A stretch of DNA of 64,000 nucleotides, taken from assembly GCA_946631995.1 (NCBI GenBank), contig CAMPAQ010000012.1:32278-96277 (forward strand), in the 5' to 3' direction. This stretch comes from an uncultured Bacteroidales bacterium (GTDB lineage Bacteria > Bacteroidota > Bacteroidia > Bacteroidales > UBA3663). Under the pieces are notes generated by a model. It made no database searches. It had not been told where the DNA came from and saw only the letters and a program-made list of their open reading frames with translations. Shown here in pieces: positions 38,937 through 48,764 of this stretch. The position numbers and the translations under genes were made by a program. The number at the start of each line of letters is the position of its first letter. The stretch's first letter is position 1.

Positions 38937-40160
38937 ATGCTTAACTACATCTGGCTATTCTTTTTCGTTGTGGCCTTCATTATGGCCATTGTCGGTTCGC
39001 TGACGGGCGATGTCGAAGTGTGGAGCCGACTGATGAACACCACGTTCGAGGCATCGAAGCGCGCCTTTGAAATCTGCCTCGGACTGGTCGGTGTGCTCAG
39101 TTTCTGGCTCGGACTGATGAAAATCGGCGAACAGGGCGGCGTGATTGCCAAGTTCTCTCGGCTCATCAATCCGCTCTTCTCGCGCATATTCCCCGGTATT
39201 CCGGCAGGCCATCCTGCCCAGGGCAGCATCCTGATGAACGTGTCGGCCAATATGCTTGGTCTCGACAACGCTGCCACGCCGATGGGCCTGAAGGCGATGA
39301 AGGAGCTGCAGGAACTGAACACGAAGAAGGACACGGCGAGCGACGCGATGATCATGTTCCTCGTCCTGAACACATCGGGTCTGACCATCATCCCGATTTC
39401 CATCATGATGTATCGTGCGCAATACGGTGCGGCCAATCCATCAGACATCTTCTTGCCCCTGCTGTTGGCCACGGCCTGCTCGACGTTGGGCGGCCTGCTG
39501 CTGTGCTGCATGAAGCAGCGCATCAAGTTCGACAAGGTGCTGTGGGGCTTTGTGGGCGGCACGATTGCCTGCATCGGCGGACTGTCATATTTCTTTGCGA
39601 CGCTCGATGAGGAGAGTCTGAAGCTCTACTCGACATTGGTCAGCAACATCCTGCTGTTCGGCTGCATCATGCTCTTCCTGCTGGTTGGCGTGTGGAAAAA
39701 AGTGCCGCTGTTCAGCACCTTCGTCGATGGCGCGAAAGAGGGTTTCCAGACCGTCGTGACCATCATCCCGTATCAGATTGCGATGTTCGTGGGCATCAGC
39801 CTGTTCCGCGAGTGCGGCGCGCTGACCTACATCACCGACGGACTCGGCTGGTGCTTCTCGGCCATCGGCATGAACACCGATTTCGTGGCCGGACTGCCCT
39901 GCGCCATCCTCAAGCCGCTCAACGGTGCCGGCGCGCGTGCCATGATGCTCGACGTGTTCGAACACTACGGCGTCGATAGCTTCCAAGGTCACGTAGCGTC
40001 CATCATCCAAGGCTCGACCGACACGACGATGTACGTCCTCGCAGTCTATTTCGGCTCGGTGGGCATCAAACGGTTCCGCTACGCGGCTGGCTACGGTCTT
40101 GCGGCCGACCTCATCGGCATCATCGCAGCCATCACGATGGGATATATATTCTTTTACTAA
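38937..40160 (+). CDS. SpmA/SpmB fused membrane protein (nucleoside recognition Gate domains)
   Basis: ANMLGLDNAATPMGLKAM, NTSGLT, FVDGAKEG, GSTDTT.YVLAVYFGSVG. Confidence 0.9.
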   Translation: MLNYIWLFFFVVAFIMAIVGSLTGDVEVWSRLMNTTFEASKRAFEICLGLVGVLSFWLGLMKIGEQGGVIAKFSRLINPLFSRIFPGIPAGHPAQGSILMNVSANMLGLDNAATPMGLKAMKELQELNTKKDTASDAMIMFLVLNTSGLTIIPISIMMYRAQYGAANPSDIFLPLLLATACSTLGGLLLCCMKQRIKFDKVLWGFVGGTIACIGGLSYFFATLDEESLKLYSTLVSNILLFGCIMLFLLVGVWKKVPLFSTFVDGAKEGFQTVVTIIPYQIAMFVGISLFRECGALTYITDGLGWCFSAIGMNTDFVAGLPCAILKPLNGAGARAMMLDVFEHYGVDSFQGHVASIIQGSTDTTMYVLAVYFGSVGIKRFRYAAGYGLAADLIGIIAAITMGYIFFY

Positions 40161-40414
40161 AAAGAGCGACCCCCTCCCAACCTCCCCGAGGGGAGGAGAG
40201 AGTCCCCGTCAATCGTTTTTTTCTATTTTTGGCCAATGAATATCAAAAAAAAAAATAAGTTAAACAATAACAAATTTTCCCCATCTTGTCTGCATTGGCA
40301 GAAGTCTTCCCTCGGGGAGATTTAGTTGGGTCACTAATCATCCATTCGGTTTATCCCCTCGGCCGAATGGGCAAACCCCTCCCCTCGGGGAGGATGGGTG
40401 GGGGGCATACTACT

Positions 40415-41998
40415 ATGAAACAGTGTTATTATTTTCTGGCTGCCATGGCAGCCGTGACATTGGGCAGCTGCTCCAATGAAGAAATCGGCGAGAGAAACAT
40501 CCTGCCGGACGAGAACGGGCGCACGCCCATCACAATCACCACCTACCTGCCGCAGACGACACGCGGCTACAACGCACAGGAGGCCACCATCAGCTCCCTG
40601 TCCAATAGCGGCGGCGGCTTCACGATCCATGCCGTGAACACGACGGACCGCTCGACCGTCATCAATGGGTGGACATACGTCGCAAGCGGCGATGGCAGCA
40701 GTTCGCCCGCCAACACCAGCCTGATGGCCTATTGGCCTGACGACAACAGCAAGGTCAACTTCTACGCCTACTATCCGGCCGATGGAGCCTCTCTGTCGGC
40801 CTCCTGCACGCCGGATGTCGAGTCTGGCACATTGGCCATAACCACCGACGGCACCAAAGATGTCATGGCGGCCTATGCCTCGGCCAGCAAAGACGACAAC
40901 AACGGCAGCGTCTCGCTCCAGTTCCGCCACCTGATGGCGCAGACCGTCATCAACGTCTTGGCCAATGCGACCAACATGCCCGCCGGCACCACTCACACGC
41001 TCACCGGCCTCACGCTCAGCGCACCCGGCGCCGCCACCCTGACCTTCAGTTCGGGTGCGGTTGTGGCCAATGCCGATGCCGCCGCGACCTACGCCTTCCA
41101 CAGCGCCGAGACGGACAATCCTGTCGGGCTTTCGACCGATACCACAACCGTCGGCACCGCGATGATTCCCGCCTCGACCGGCACGGGCACGAAGGCACAG
41201 CTCACCGTGGACTACACCGCCACCATCAACGGCAACACCCGTTCGTACAGCCGCACGGCCGAGGTCACGCTCATCTCCGGCTACAAGAACCAGATCAACG
41301 TCAGCGTGCAGGGCGACATGCCACTCACGATCAACGCCGTCGTGGAAAATATGGAGCCTATCGTCGATGGCCACGTCTATGTCGATTTGGGTCTGCCCAG
41401 CGGCCTGCTGTGGGCGACGATGAATGTTGGTGCCAGCAAGCCCGAAGAATATGGCAATTACTTTGCATGGGGCGAGACGGAGCCATACTATTCCGTCGTT
41501 GGCAATGACACGATTTGGAAGGACGGCGGTTATGTCTGGAACAATTACAAGTATTGCAGTTCTGACGAATACATGACCAAATACGTTCATGATGACCGGT
41601 ACGGTACAATTGATAACAAGTGGACGCTTGAATCTGATGACGATGCAGCAACCGTCAACTGGGGCGGAAGCTGGAGAATGCCGACCAATGATGAGTTGGC
41701 GGAGCTCCTGAATGCAGCTTATTGCACCCAAGAGGCGACAACCGTAAATGGCGTTTCTGGTCGTAAGTTCACAAGTGTATCAAACGGTAATAGTATTTTC
41801 TTCCCATTCGCAGGAAGCATAGAGGGAACCTATTTCCGTTTGTTGGGAACAGATGGAGATTCTTGGACAAGTTCTTTGGCTTCAGCCGATACTAAAGAGG
41901 CCAATTTTTTCTCTTTTTGGAATGCTTCCGCCAATAATTACAGTATTTCTTCACGTTACATCGGAATGCCCGTCCGTGCTGTCCATCCAGCGGAATAG
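40415..41998 (+). CDS. fimbrillin-like lipoprotein with C-terminal 'VDLGLPSG' (CLec-like) domain
   Basis: Lipobox LGSC; QTTRG; YWP….VNFYAYYP; LQFRHLMAQ; then VDLGLPSGLLWATMNVGA..PEEYGNYFAWGET … RYIGMPVRAV. Confidence 0.82.
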   Translation: MKQCYYFLAAMAAVTLGSCSNEEIGERNILPDENGRTPITITTYLPQTTRGYNAQEATISSLSNSGGGFTIHAVNTTDRSTVINGWTYVASGDGSSSPANTSLMAYWPDDNSKVNFYAYYPADGASLSASCTPDVESGTLAITTDGTKDVMAAYASASKDDNNGSVSLQFRHLMAQTVINVLANATNMPAGTTHTLTGLTLSAPGAATLTFSSGAVVANADAAATYAFHSAETDNPVGLSTDTTTVGTAMIPASTGTGTKAQLTVDYTATINGNTRSYSRTAEVTLISGYKNQINVSVQGDMPLTINAVVENMEPIVDGHVYVDLGLPSGLLWATMNVGASKPEEYGNYFAWGETEPYYSVVGNDTIWKDGGYVWNNYKYCSSDEYMTKYVHDDRYGTIDNKWTLESDDDAATVNWGGSWRMPTNDELAELLNAAYCTQEATTVNGVSGRKFTSVSNGNSIFFPFAGSIEGTYFRLLGTDGDSWTSSLASADTKEANFFSFWNASANNYSISSRYIGMPVRAVHPAE

Positions 41999-42025
41999 TT
42001 CCATTGGCCATAAAACGGATAAAAT

Positions 42026-42055
42026 AGGTAGAGGCGCCACAATGTGACGTCTCTA
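42026..42055 (+). repeat. GTAG-type REP, 30-bp direct repeat left of the TA module
   Basis: AGGTAGAGGCGCCACAATGTGACGTCTCTA, identical to 42701-42730. Confidence 0.9.
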
Positions 42056-42145
42056 CGCGTTTTTCAGGAAATCCGAAAAAAGTTGCAGTTATGGACGTAA
42101 AAAAGAAATGTTACAGGTAAAGTCTTGAAATTCAGAAAATATGCC

Positions 42146-42153
42146 TAAATTTG
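42146..42153 (+). promoter_or_regulatory. -7 promoter element for the TA operon
   Basis: TAAATTTG about 25 bp upstream of the antitoxin ATG. Confidence 0.55.
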
Positions 42154-42177
42154 CACGCAAAATAACGAAATAAGGAT

Positions 42178-42423
42178 ATGACAACAATAGCAATGAAATC
42201 ATTGTGGGAGTTCCTTCAAAGCCTCTCACTTTCACAGCGCAACCGGAAATGGTTGGCCGAAAAACTGCTTGATGCAGAAAAAAAAGATGGCACGGATCAG
42301 ACCTGCATGAGCAAAGAGGAGTTTTTCGCACGACTGGACAAGGCCGAGCAAGGACAGTCACACGCCATGCGCGACGACGAAAATCTGTCGGACTTCCTGA
42401 AACGTCGTGGCTATGAGATATAA
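42178..42423 (+). CDS. putative antitoxin
   Basis: 81-aa gene overlapping the toxin start; no obvious Phd/YefM motif. Confidence 0.7.
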   Translation: MTTIAMKSLWEFLQSLSLSQRNRKWLAEKLLDAEKKDGTDQTCMSKEEFFARLDKAEQGQSHAMRDDENLSDFLKRRGYEI

Positions 42424-42688
42424 GATTGAAATCAAGGAGCAGGCGGAACAGGATTTGGTACGATTGGCGAAATCGGAGCCGAAAGCCTTTCTGAAAGCTC
42501 TGCGTTTCATCGAAGAGCTGAAGGATCACCCGAAAACGGGGACGGGTCATCCCGAACCACTAAAGGGGAAACCGACAGGCCGATGGAGTCGTGAAATCAC
42601 AAAGAAGCATCGTCTGGTCTATCGCATTCTGGACACTGAAATCATCGTCATTGTGATTGCAGCCTACGGCCATTATGATGACAAATAA
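42413..42688 (+). CDS. yoeB: Txe/YoeB family toxin
   Basis: HPKTGTGHPEPLKG…WSREITKKHRLVY…AAYGHY. Confidence 0.9.
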   Translation: MRYKIEIKEQAEQDLVRLAKSEPKAFLKALRFIEELKDHPKTGTGHPEPLKGKPTGRWSREITKKHRLVYRILDTEIIVIVIAAYGHYDDK

Positions 42689-42700
42689 ATAGAATGTATG

Positions 42701-42730
42701 AGGTAGAGGCGCCACAATGTGACGTCTCTA
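42701..42730 (+). repeat. GTAG-type REP, 30-bp direct repeat right of the TA module
   Basis: Identical to 42026-42055. Confidence 0.9.
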
Positions 42731-43000
42731 TTTTTTTTCGCGTAGAAAGGTATTGACTGCAAGCACAAATACGCCCGACCGACTGGCACAAGGCTGCAAA
42801 GTGCATTTTTCGACCAAAAAAGAGACGATTTTCCACCCTTGGCACATAGGACACAAAAAAGTGCGAAATGATACAAAATGTCCGAAATGCAGGCTTTTTT
42901 ATCTCATGCAAGAAATTTGCACCTCATTTGAATGAAAACTATCCCCTCCGCTATCCATAAAAGTCATACTTTTGCAGCGTCGAAAAAAACGACCGATGCT

Positions 43001-44323
43001 ATGAAGCACAAGACAAGAGTCATCCCTACCTTTCTCTCCATTATTTGCGTTACGAGCCCCTACGTTTCTGCACAAGCTCAGGACGCGCCGTTCAAAATCA
43101 CCGACGGCTTGTTCGATGCAACTCAAAAAGAAACAATGGGGCTCAACTATGCTCCAGAAGCCGAAACCTTCACCATCTGGAAGGCAGCCGAATCGGGCAA
43201 CCATTATGCCAACGGTGTCGTACTGACATCGTTCAAGGGCAACCTGTATTGCATGTGGCAGACATCGGCCACCGACGAGGATGCAGCCGACACCTATGTC
43301 GCCTACTCGCGTAGCACCGACGGCGGTCAGACCTGGAGCGCCCCGATGACGCTCTGTGCCACAATCGACAACGGATATTGCGCCTCGGGCGGCTGGATTT
43401 CGACCGACGACCTTCTGGTCGGCTTCATCAACGTGCGTACCGACGAAATCGCCAACAGCGGCGGCTACACCCAATATGTTGAAAGTGCGGACGGACAGAC
43501 TTGGTCGGCACCGAAAGATGTGCTCATGTCCGACGGCAATGCACTGAACGGCATCTTCGAGCAAGATCCGCACAAAGCAGAAAACGGCCGCGTCATAGGT
43601 GCAGCGCACTTCCAGCCCGGCCTGTTGTTAAATCCAATCTATACTGACGATGCCACAGGACGTACCGGCTGGAAAAAAGCCTCATTCGAATTTACGGCCA
43701 ACGGCGCACAGTCGGTCGAACTTGAACCGAGTTTCTTCCGTCAGAACGACGGCACTTGGGTGATGACCATGCGCGACCAGAAAGGCAGTTACACCGTATT
43801 GGCCGCAACAAGCAACGACAACGGCGCAACGTGGACGAATTCGGTCAAGACCAATATGCCAGACTCGCGAGCCAAGCAGAGTGCAGGCAACTTGGCCGAC
43901 GGCACGGCCTACATCGTAAACAATCCGGGTCGCGTGACCAACAGCAACAACAAGACTTGGCGTGTGCCACTGGCCATAACGCTGAGTGCCGACGGAAAGA
44001 CATTCGACCATGCCTATATGCTGCGCTCAGGCCAGCCGGACGACTATCCGGAACTGCAATACACCGGCAAGGCCAAGACACTTGGCTACAGCTATCCGAA
44101 GTCGATGACACACGACGGATACCTCTACGTGGGCTATTCGACAAATAAGGAGGCCGTGCAATACACCCGCATCGCTCTCGGCGGCATCGCTCTCGGCATC
44201 GAAACGACAGCTTTTGCCGACACACGGCACGACGACGTTGCCCGCAACCTGCTCGGACAGCGCGTCAAATGCAGCTACAAGGGCTTTGTGGTGCAGAACG
44301 GCCGCACAATCCTCAAAAAATGA
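43001..44323 (+). CDS. secreted BNR/Asp-box beta-propeller (sialidase-like) glycosidase
   Basis: Asp boxes STDGGQTW, SADGQTW, SNDNGATW, SADGKTF; ELEP; YSYP; short C-terminal secretion-type domain. Confidence 0.82.
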   Translation: MKHKTRVIPTFLSIICVTSPYVSAQAQDAPFKITDGLFDATQKETMGLNYAPEAETFTIWKAAESGNHYANGVVLTSFKGNLYCMWQTSATDEDAADTYVAYSRSTDGGQTWSAPMTLCATIDNGYCASGGWISTDDLLVGFINVRTDEIANSGGYTQYVESADGQTWSAPKDVLMSDGNALNGIFEQDPHKAENGRVIGAAHFQPGLLLNPIYTDDATGRTGWKKASFEFTANGAQSVELEPSFFRQNDGTWVMTMRDQKGSYTVLAATSNDNGATWTNSVKTNMPDSRAKQSAGNLADGTAYIVNNPGRVTNSNNKTWRVPLAITLSADGKTFDHAYMLRSGQPDDYPELQYTGKAKTLGYSYPKSMTHDGYLYVGYSTNKEAVQYTRIALGGIALGIETTAFADTRHDDVARNLLGQRVKCSYKGFVVQNGRTILKK

Positions 44324-44566
44324 CGGAAAAAGGCCGAAAAAAGGCGAAAAAAATCGCGTAGCGGCACTATACGCGCCTTTTTTGACGGATGCAAACGATG
44401 GCAGAAGGCCGTCAAGAAGTTTTTTAACATTTTTTCAGCAATGCAATCCGATTCTGACTGAAAAAGCGTTACCTTTGGCGACGACAAACGAAAACACGAC
44501 ACTTAACAAGATTTCTCTCTCTCAAAGAAAGAATCTCTCATTATTAACTTTTAATACCTCTTTACT

Positions 44567-45430
44567 ATGAAGAAAATCTTTACACTTGTAGCCACAGCTC
44601 TTGTGGCACTCTCAGCCAACGCACAAGTTGAACTCTCGTGGGCAACGATGCAGAAGAACGAGACAGGCGACAATGCAGCCGACCAGAACGCAATCAAGTT
44701 CCTCGATTCTACAGGTGCAGAAACCGGCTTCATCCTGCAACCGACCGGCGGACGCACTCAGGCCGGACCGATGGAAAGGGAATCATGCTCGGGCATGGCT
44801 CTCAACTTCAAGAACAACACGAGCCAGACGCTCATCATCCCCGAAGGCCAGAAAATCTACAAAATCAACTTCTACGGGTGGTCGTCGGGCGACAACTGGT
44901 GCTACCTCTATGCCTTCGGCCCCGTCATCGGCTCGGACGCAGAACCTTGGTATTGGACAGACCCGATCGGCACCGGAGTCAACGGCGACAACACGAAAAT
45001 CATCGACCAGGCAGTTTATCCATTGGATCCGTGCGTCGTCGTTGAAGACAATGTCAAGGACAGCGAGAAGACCTGTTTCCACAATGCCGGATACTGCTTC
45101 GCCTCGATTGACCTCACCAGCGACGACCCCGACTACGACGGCATGAGCGGACAGTTCTGCTTCCAGTTCAGCGGTGCCAATCAGGAGCGTGCATGGATGG
45201 TTGTCTATACCGACAAGGCATCGGCCGCTGCGGCTCCGGCTGCCGAGGCACCTCGTTTGGGCAAGGCCAACAGCCAGACAATCTTCATCGACGCAGCAGC
45301 CGCCAGCCTGAACGACGTTGCAGCAAAGGCATCGGCCGACACCGAAATCTACAACCTGCTGGGTCAGAAAGTCGGCAAGGGCTACAGAGGCTTCGTCATC
45401 GTGAACGGCCGCAAGGCTCTTTTGAAATAA
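44567..45430 (+). CDS. secreted hypothetical protein with Prevotella-type C-terminal domain
   Basis: Signal peptide MKKIFTL…ANA; C-terminal IYNLLGQKV…GFVIVNGRK. Confidence 0.8.
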   Translation: MKKIFTLVATALVALSANAQVELSWATMQKNETGDNAADQNAIKFLDSTGAETGFILQPTGGRTQAGPMERESCSGMALNFKNNTSQTLIIPEGQKIYKINFYGWSSGDNWCYLYAFGPVIGSDAEPWYWTDPIGTGVNGDNTKIIDQAVYPLDPCVVVEDNVKDSEKTCFHNAGYCFASIDLTSDDPDYDGMSGQFCFQFSGANQERAWMVVYTDKASAAAAPAAEAPRLGKANSQTIFIDAAAASLNDVAAKASADTEIYNLLGQKVGKGYRGFVIVNGRKALLK

Positions 45431-45449
45431 GAAATCGAAAAATCGCATA

Positions 45450-45486
45450 CCAAAGGGGCGGGCTGTCATGCGGCCCGTCCCTTTGG
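45450..45486 (+). terminator. strong hairpin between the secreted protein gene and susC (terminator or mRNA-stabilising stem)
   Basis: CCAAAGGGGCGGGCTG-tcatg-CGGCCCGTCCCTTTGG; no U-tract. Confidence 0.55.
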
Positions 45487-45515
45487 CATAACCCGCCAAA
45501 AATTACTGACAGATT

Positions 45516-48500
45516 ATGCAAATCCATAAAAAAACAAGTATTACAGCGGCCATGCTCACGCTTTGCTGCGTGGCCGGCTATGCACAGCAACAGGTGAAAG
45601 GCGTCGTGACCGATGCGCAAGGCGAGCCAATCATCGGCGTGACGGTGGTCGTTGACGGCAAGCCCACAACCACGACCGATGCCGACGGACAGTTCACGCT
45701 GACATCGGCCACACCCAAAAGCAAGGTGCAGATAACCTACATCGGCTATGAACCGCAGACCGTCACTGTCGGCGACCAAACGACGCTCAACATCGTGCTA
45801 CGCGACGACCAGCAGCTGCTCAACGAAGTGGTCGTGGTGGGCTACGGCGTGATGAAGAAAAACGACCTGACGGGTGCCGTGGCGAGCATCGGCAACGAGA
45901 AGCTGAACGAAAAGGGCGCGCCATCCATCCTACAGAACCTGCAAGGCTCGGTGCCGGGCGTCAACATCACGCAGTCGGCTGGACGCACAGGCGCATCGAT
46001 GAACATCGAAATCCGTGGCAAAAACTCCATCGCAAGTGACCAGAAACCGCTCTACGTGGTGGATGGCGTCATCTGCCCGGACATCGACTTCCTCAATCCG
46101 CAGGACATCGACCGAATCGACGTGCTGAAAGATGCCTCATCGACCGCCATCTATGGTTCGCGCGCCACGGCAGGCGTCGTGATGGTGACGACCAAAAGCG
46201 GCGCCAACATCGGCCAGAAGACGCACAAGCCGACCATCAGCTACGACGGCTACTACGGTGTGGCCAAGGTCGCACGTATGCCCGACTTCCAGAACGCCGA
46301 CGAATTCTACCAATACCGCTTCATGAAGTTCCTGACCATGGCGGGCAGTAACACCAACAACGGACAGCCACTCTGGGTCAACACCGACATCGACCGCTGC
46401 CTGCTGCTGCGCAACCAGACCGACCCGAACAGCGGCTACGTGATGAAGGAACTGCTGGCCAGCGGCAAGACCTACGATTGGCCTGACCTCGTGTTGCAGG
46501 ACGGCCACCAGCAGAACCACTACGTGGCCATCAACGGCGGCAACAGCGACACGCACTACCACATCGGCATCGGCTACTTGCAGGAAGAGGGTCAGTACAA
46601 GGGCGACGAACAGAACAAGTTCACCGTGAAGGGCAGCCTCGATGCCAAGGTGAGCAAATACGTCACCGCCGGATTCAGCATCAACCTGGCGCGGCAAAAC
46701 CACGACTACGCGAGCACCGACGCCGTGAGCTATGCCTTCCGCTCGAACCCGTTCATGCAGCCTTACAATGCCGACGGCAGCGTGACCTACAAACCCGGCC
46801 ACCGCGACGTGCTGGGCACCGACATGTATCAGTTCACCGACGCCATCAGTCCGCTGGTCTTCATGGACGACGAGACATCGAACCGGCTGTCGTGGACGGC
46901 ACTGGGCAACCTCTATCTGGAAGTCAGGCCACTCAGGGGGCTGAGTCTGAAAACGACATTCATGCCGACATTCAGCTACCAGCGCTACGGCTTCTACCAG
47001 AGCACCGACTCAAACGGCTACGACGTCAAGGAGGCACAGCGGCAGTCGTCGCAAAGCTTCTCGTGGACGTGGGACAACATGATTACCTACGATGCGACAT
47101 TGGCCGACGACCACCACGTGAATGTGATGGGTCTTTTCTCATCGACCTTCGGCAGCAGCGAGTCGGAAGAACTTTATTATAAGGATGTGGCCGACGGAAC
47201 CTACTGGTGGAACATCAGCACAAGCAACCAGGGCTACAACTACGACAAGAGCAAATCGGGCTACAGCGAACACAGGTTGCTCTCGTACGCCCTGCGTGCA
47301 AACTACAGTTTCAAGGGACGCTATATGCTCACCGGCACCGTCCGCTGGGACGGCAGTTCCCGTTTCGCCGACGGCAACCGTTGGGGCTCTTTCCCATCGG
47401 CCGCAGCTGCATGGCGCGTGAGCGAAGAGTCGTTCGTGAAAGACTATGCCGAAGACTGGCTCTCGAACCTTAAGCTGCGTGTAAGCTACGGCACGACGGG
47501 CAACAACAACGTGGGCAACTACGCGACTCAGAACGTCATCAGCAGCCCCGTCTATTACCCCTTCGGCAGCACCTATAGCCAAGGCACCATGCCCAGCGGC
47601 ATCGTTGACCGCAACCTGCAATGGGAAATCGCCCACGAGCTGAACTTCGGCCTCGACTTCGGCTTCCTGAACGACCGCGTGCGCGGTTCGGTGGACTGGT
47701 ACAACAAGAAGTCGGAAGACCTGCTCTACGACGTCAAACTGCCACTTGAGGCAGGTGGCACATCGGTCACGACCAACATCGGCTCGGTACGCAACCGTGG
47801 CATCGAAATCAGCCTCACCACGGCCAATGTGCAGACGCGCGACTGGCTCTGGTCAACCACCTTCACCTTCGCCCGCAACAAGAACAAAGTGCTTGAAATC
47901 AACGGAACGGGCAACGTGCTGACGGGTTCGGACTTGGGCAACCTCTTCATCGGCGAGATGATCAACAACGTCTATGGCTACGAGTGGAACGGCATCGTGA
48001 GCGACCGCGAAATGACCGTGCCCGACAACGACATCGCACGTCTGAAGGGCTTCACGCCTGGCGACCAAGTCAAGGAGGCCGCCTACTACAATGCCTGCTA
48101 CGGTCTGGTGGAGGGCAACCCGATCATCGTGGACCGCAACGGCGACGGCACATTCAACGACGACGACAAGAAAATCTACAAAAGCGACCCGAAGTGGACG
48201 GGCAGCATCTCATCCAACCTCTCGTGGCGCGACTGGGATTTCTCGTTCTCCATCTACTTCAAGCAGAACTACACCGTCAAGTCCAGCTTCTACGGCGAAT
48301 ATCTCAATCTGGCCGACCGTGGCCGCATGAAGCTCGACATGGACTGGTACATCCCGGCCGGCACACTCATCGACTGCGATGGCGTCAACCCCGACGGCAC
48401 CTACATCAACCCGCAGTATCAGGAACAGACGCACTACGGCGACTATCCGTTCCCCAACTACGGCGCACTCTACGACGGTTTGGGCAGCGACTATTGGCTC

Positions 48501-48746
48501 GGCAAGACCAACACCTACACCGACGCATCGTTCGTCAAGGTGAAACACATCACGTTGGGCTACACCGTGCCGCAGAAGTGGATTGCCAAGGCCGGCTGCT
48601 CGCACCTGCGCCTCTACAGCACCGTGACCAACCCGTTCGTATTCACGAGCTACAAGGGTTACGACCCCGAATGGGCCGATGCCGAACTAAAGAACGACGG
48701 ACCGAGCACGGTGACTGTGCAGTTCGGCGCAAGCATCAAGTTCTAA
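45516..48746 (+). CDS. susC: SusC/RagA TonB-dependent transporter
   Basis: EVVVVGYG, LYVVDG, IDVLKDASSTAIYGSRATAGVVMVTTK, RWDGSSRF, C-terminal F. Confidence 0.95.
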   Translation: MQIHKKTSITAAMLTLCCVAGYAQQQVKGVVTDAQGEPIIGVTVVVDGKPTTTTDADGQFTLTSATPKSKVQITYIGYEPQTVTVGDQTTLNIVLRDDQQLLNEVVVVGYGVMKKNDLTGAVASIGNEKLNEKGAPSILQNLQGSVPGVNITQSAGRTGASMNIEIRGKNSIASDQKPLYVVDGVICPDIDFLNPQDIDRIDVLKDASSTAIYGSRATAGVVMVTTKSGANIGQKTHKPTISYDGYYGVAKVARMPDFQNADEFYQYRFMKFLTMAGSNTNNGQPLWVNTDIDRCLLLRNQTDPNSGYVMKELLASGKTYDWPDLVLQDGHQQNHYVAINGGNSDTHYHIGIGYLQEEGQYKGDEQNKFTVKGSLDAKVSKYVTAGFSINLARQNHDYASTDAVSYAFRSNPFMQPYNADGSVTYKPGHRDVLGTDMYQFTDAISPLVFMDDETSNRLSWTALGNLYLEVRPLRGLSLKTTFMPTFSYQRYGFYQSTDSNGYDVKEAQRQSSQSFSWTWDNMITYDATLADDHHVNVMGLFSSTFGSSESEELYYKDVADGTYWWNISTSNQGYNYDKSKSGYSEHRLLSYALRANYSFKGRYMLTGTVRWDGSSRFADGNRWGSFPSAAAAWRVSEESFVKDYAEDWLSNLKLRVSYGTTGNNNVGNYATQNVISSPVYYPFGSTYSQGTMPSGIVDRNLQWEIAHELNFGLDFGFLNDRVRGSVDWYNKKSEDLLYDVKLPLEAGGTSVTTNIGSVRNRGIEISLTTANVQTRDWLWSTTFTFARNKNKVLEINGTGNVLTGSDLGNLFIGEMINNVYGYEWNGIVSDREMTVPDNDIARLKGFTPGDQVKEAAYYNACYGLVEGNPIIVDRNGDGTFNDDDKKIYKSDPKWTGSISSNLSWRDWDFSFSIYFKQNYTVKSSFYGEYLNLADRGRMKLDMDWYIPAGTLIDCDGVNPDGTYINPQYQEQTHYGDYPFPNYGALYDGLGSDYWLGKTNTYTDASFVKVKHITLGYTVPQKWIAKAGCSHLRLYSTVTNPFVFTSYKGYDPEWADAELKNDGPSTVTVQFGASIKF

Positions 48747-48764
48747 CCTATAAACAATAACAAA

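Noticed and set aside
40286-40414. N-terminal extensions of ORF-track calls (40286, 56348, 6331, 17285, 17330, 28265, 42932)
   Set aside because: They translate REP or promoter DNA (e.g. LPSGRMGGG appears in two unrelated ORFs); downstream ATGs fit the family N-termini.
41400-42730. Complete diversity-generating retroelement
   Set aside because: No reverse transcriptase, avd or template repeat in the window; kept only as a possible remote target.
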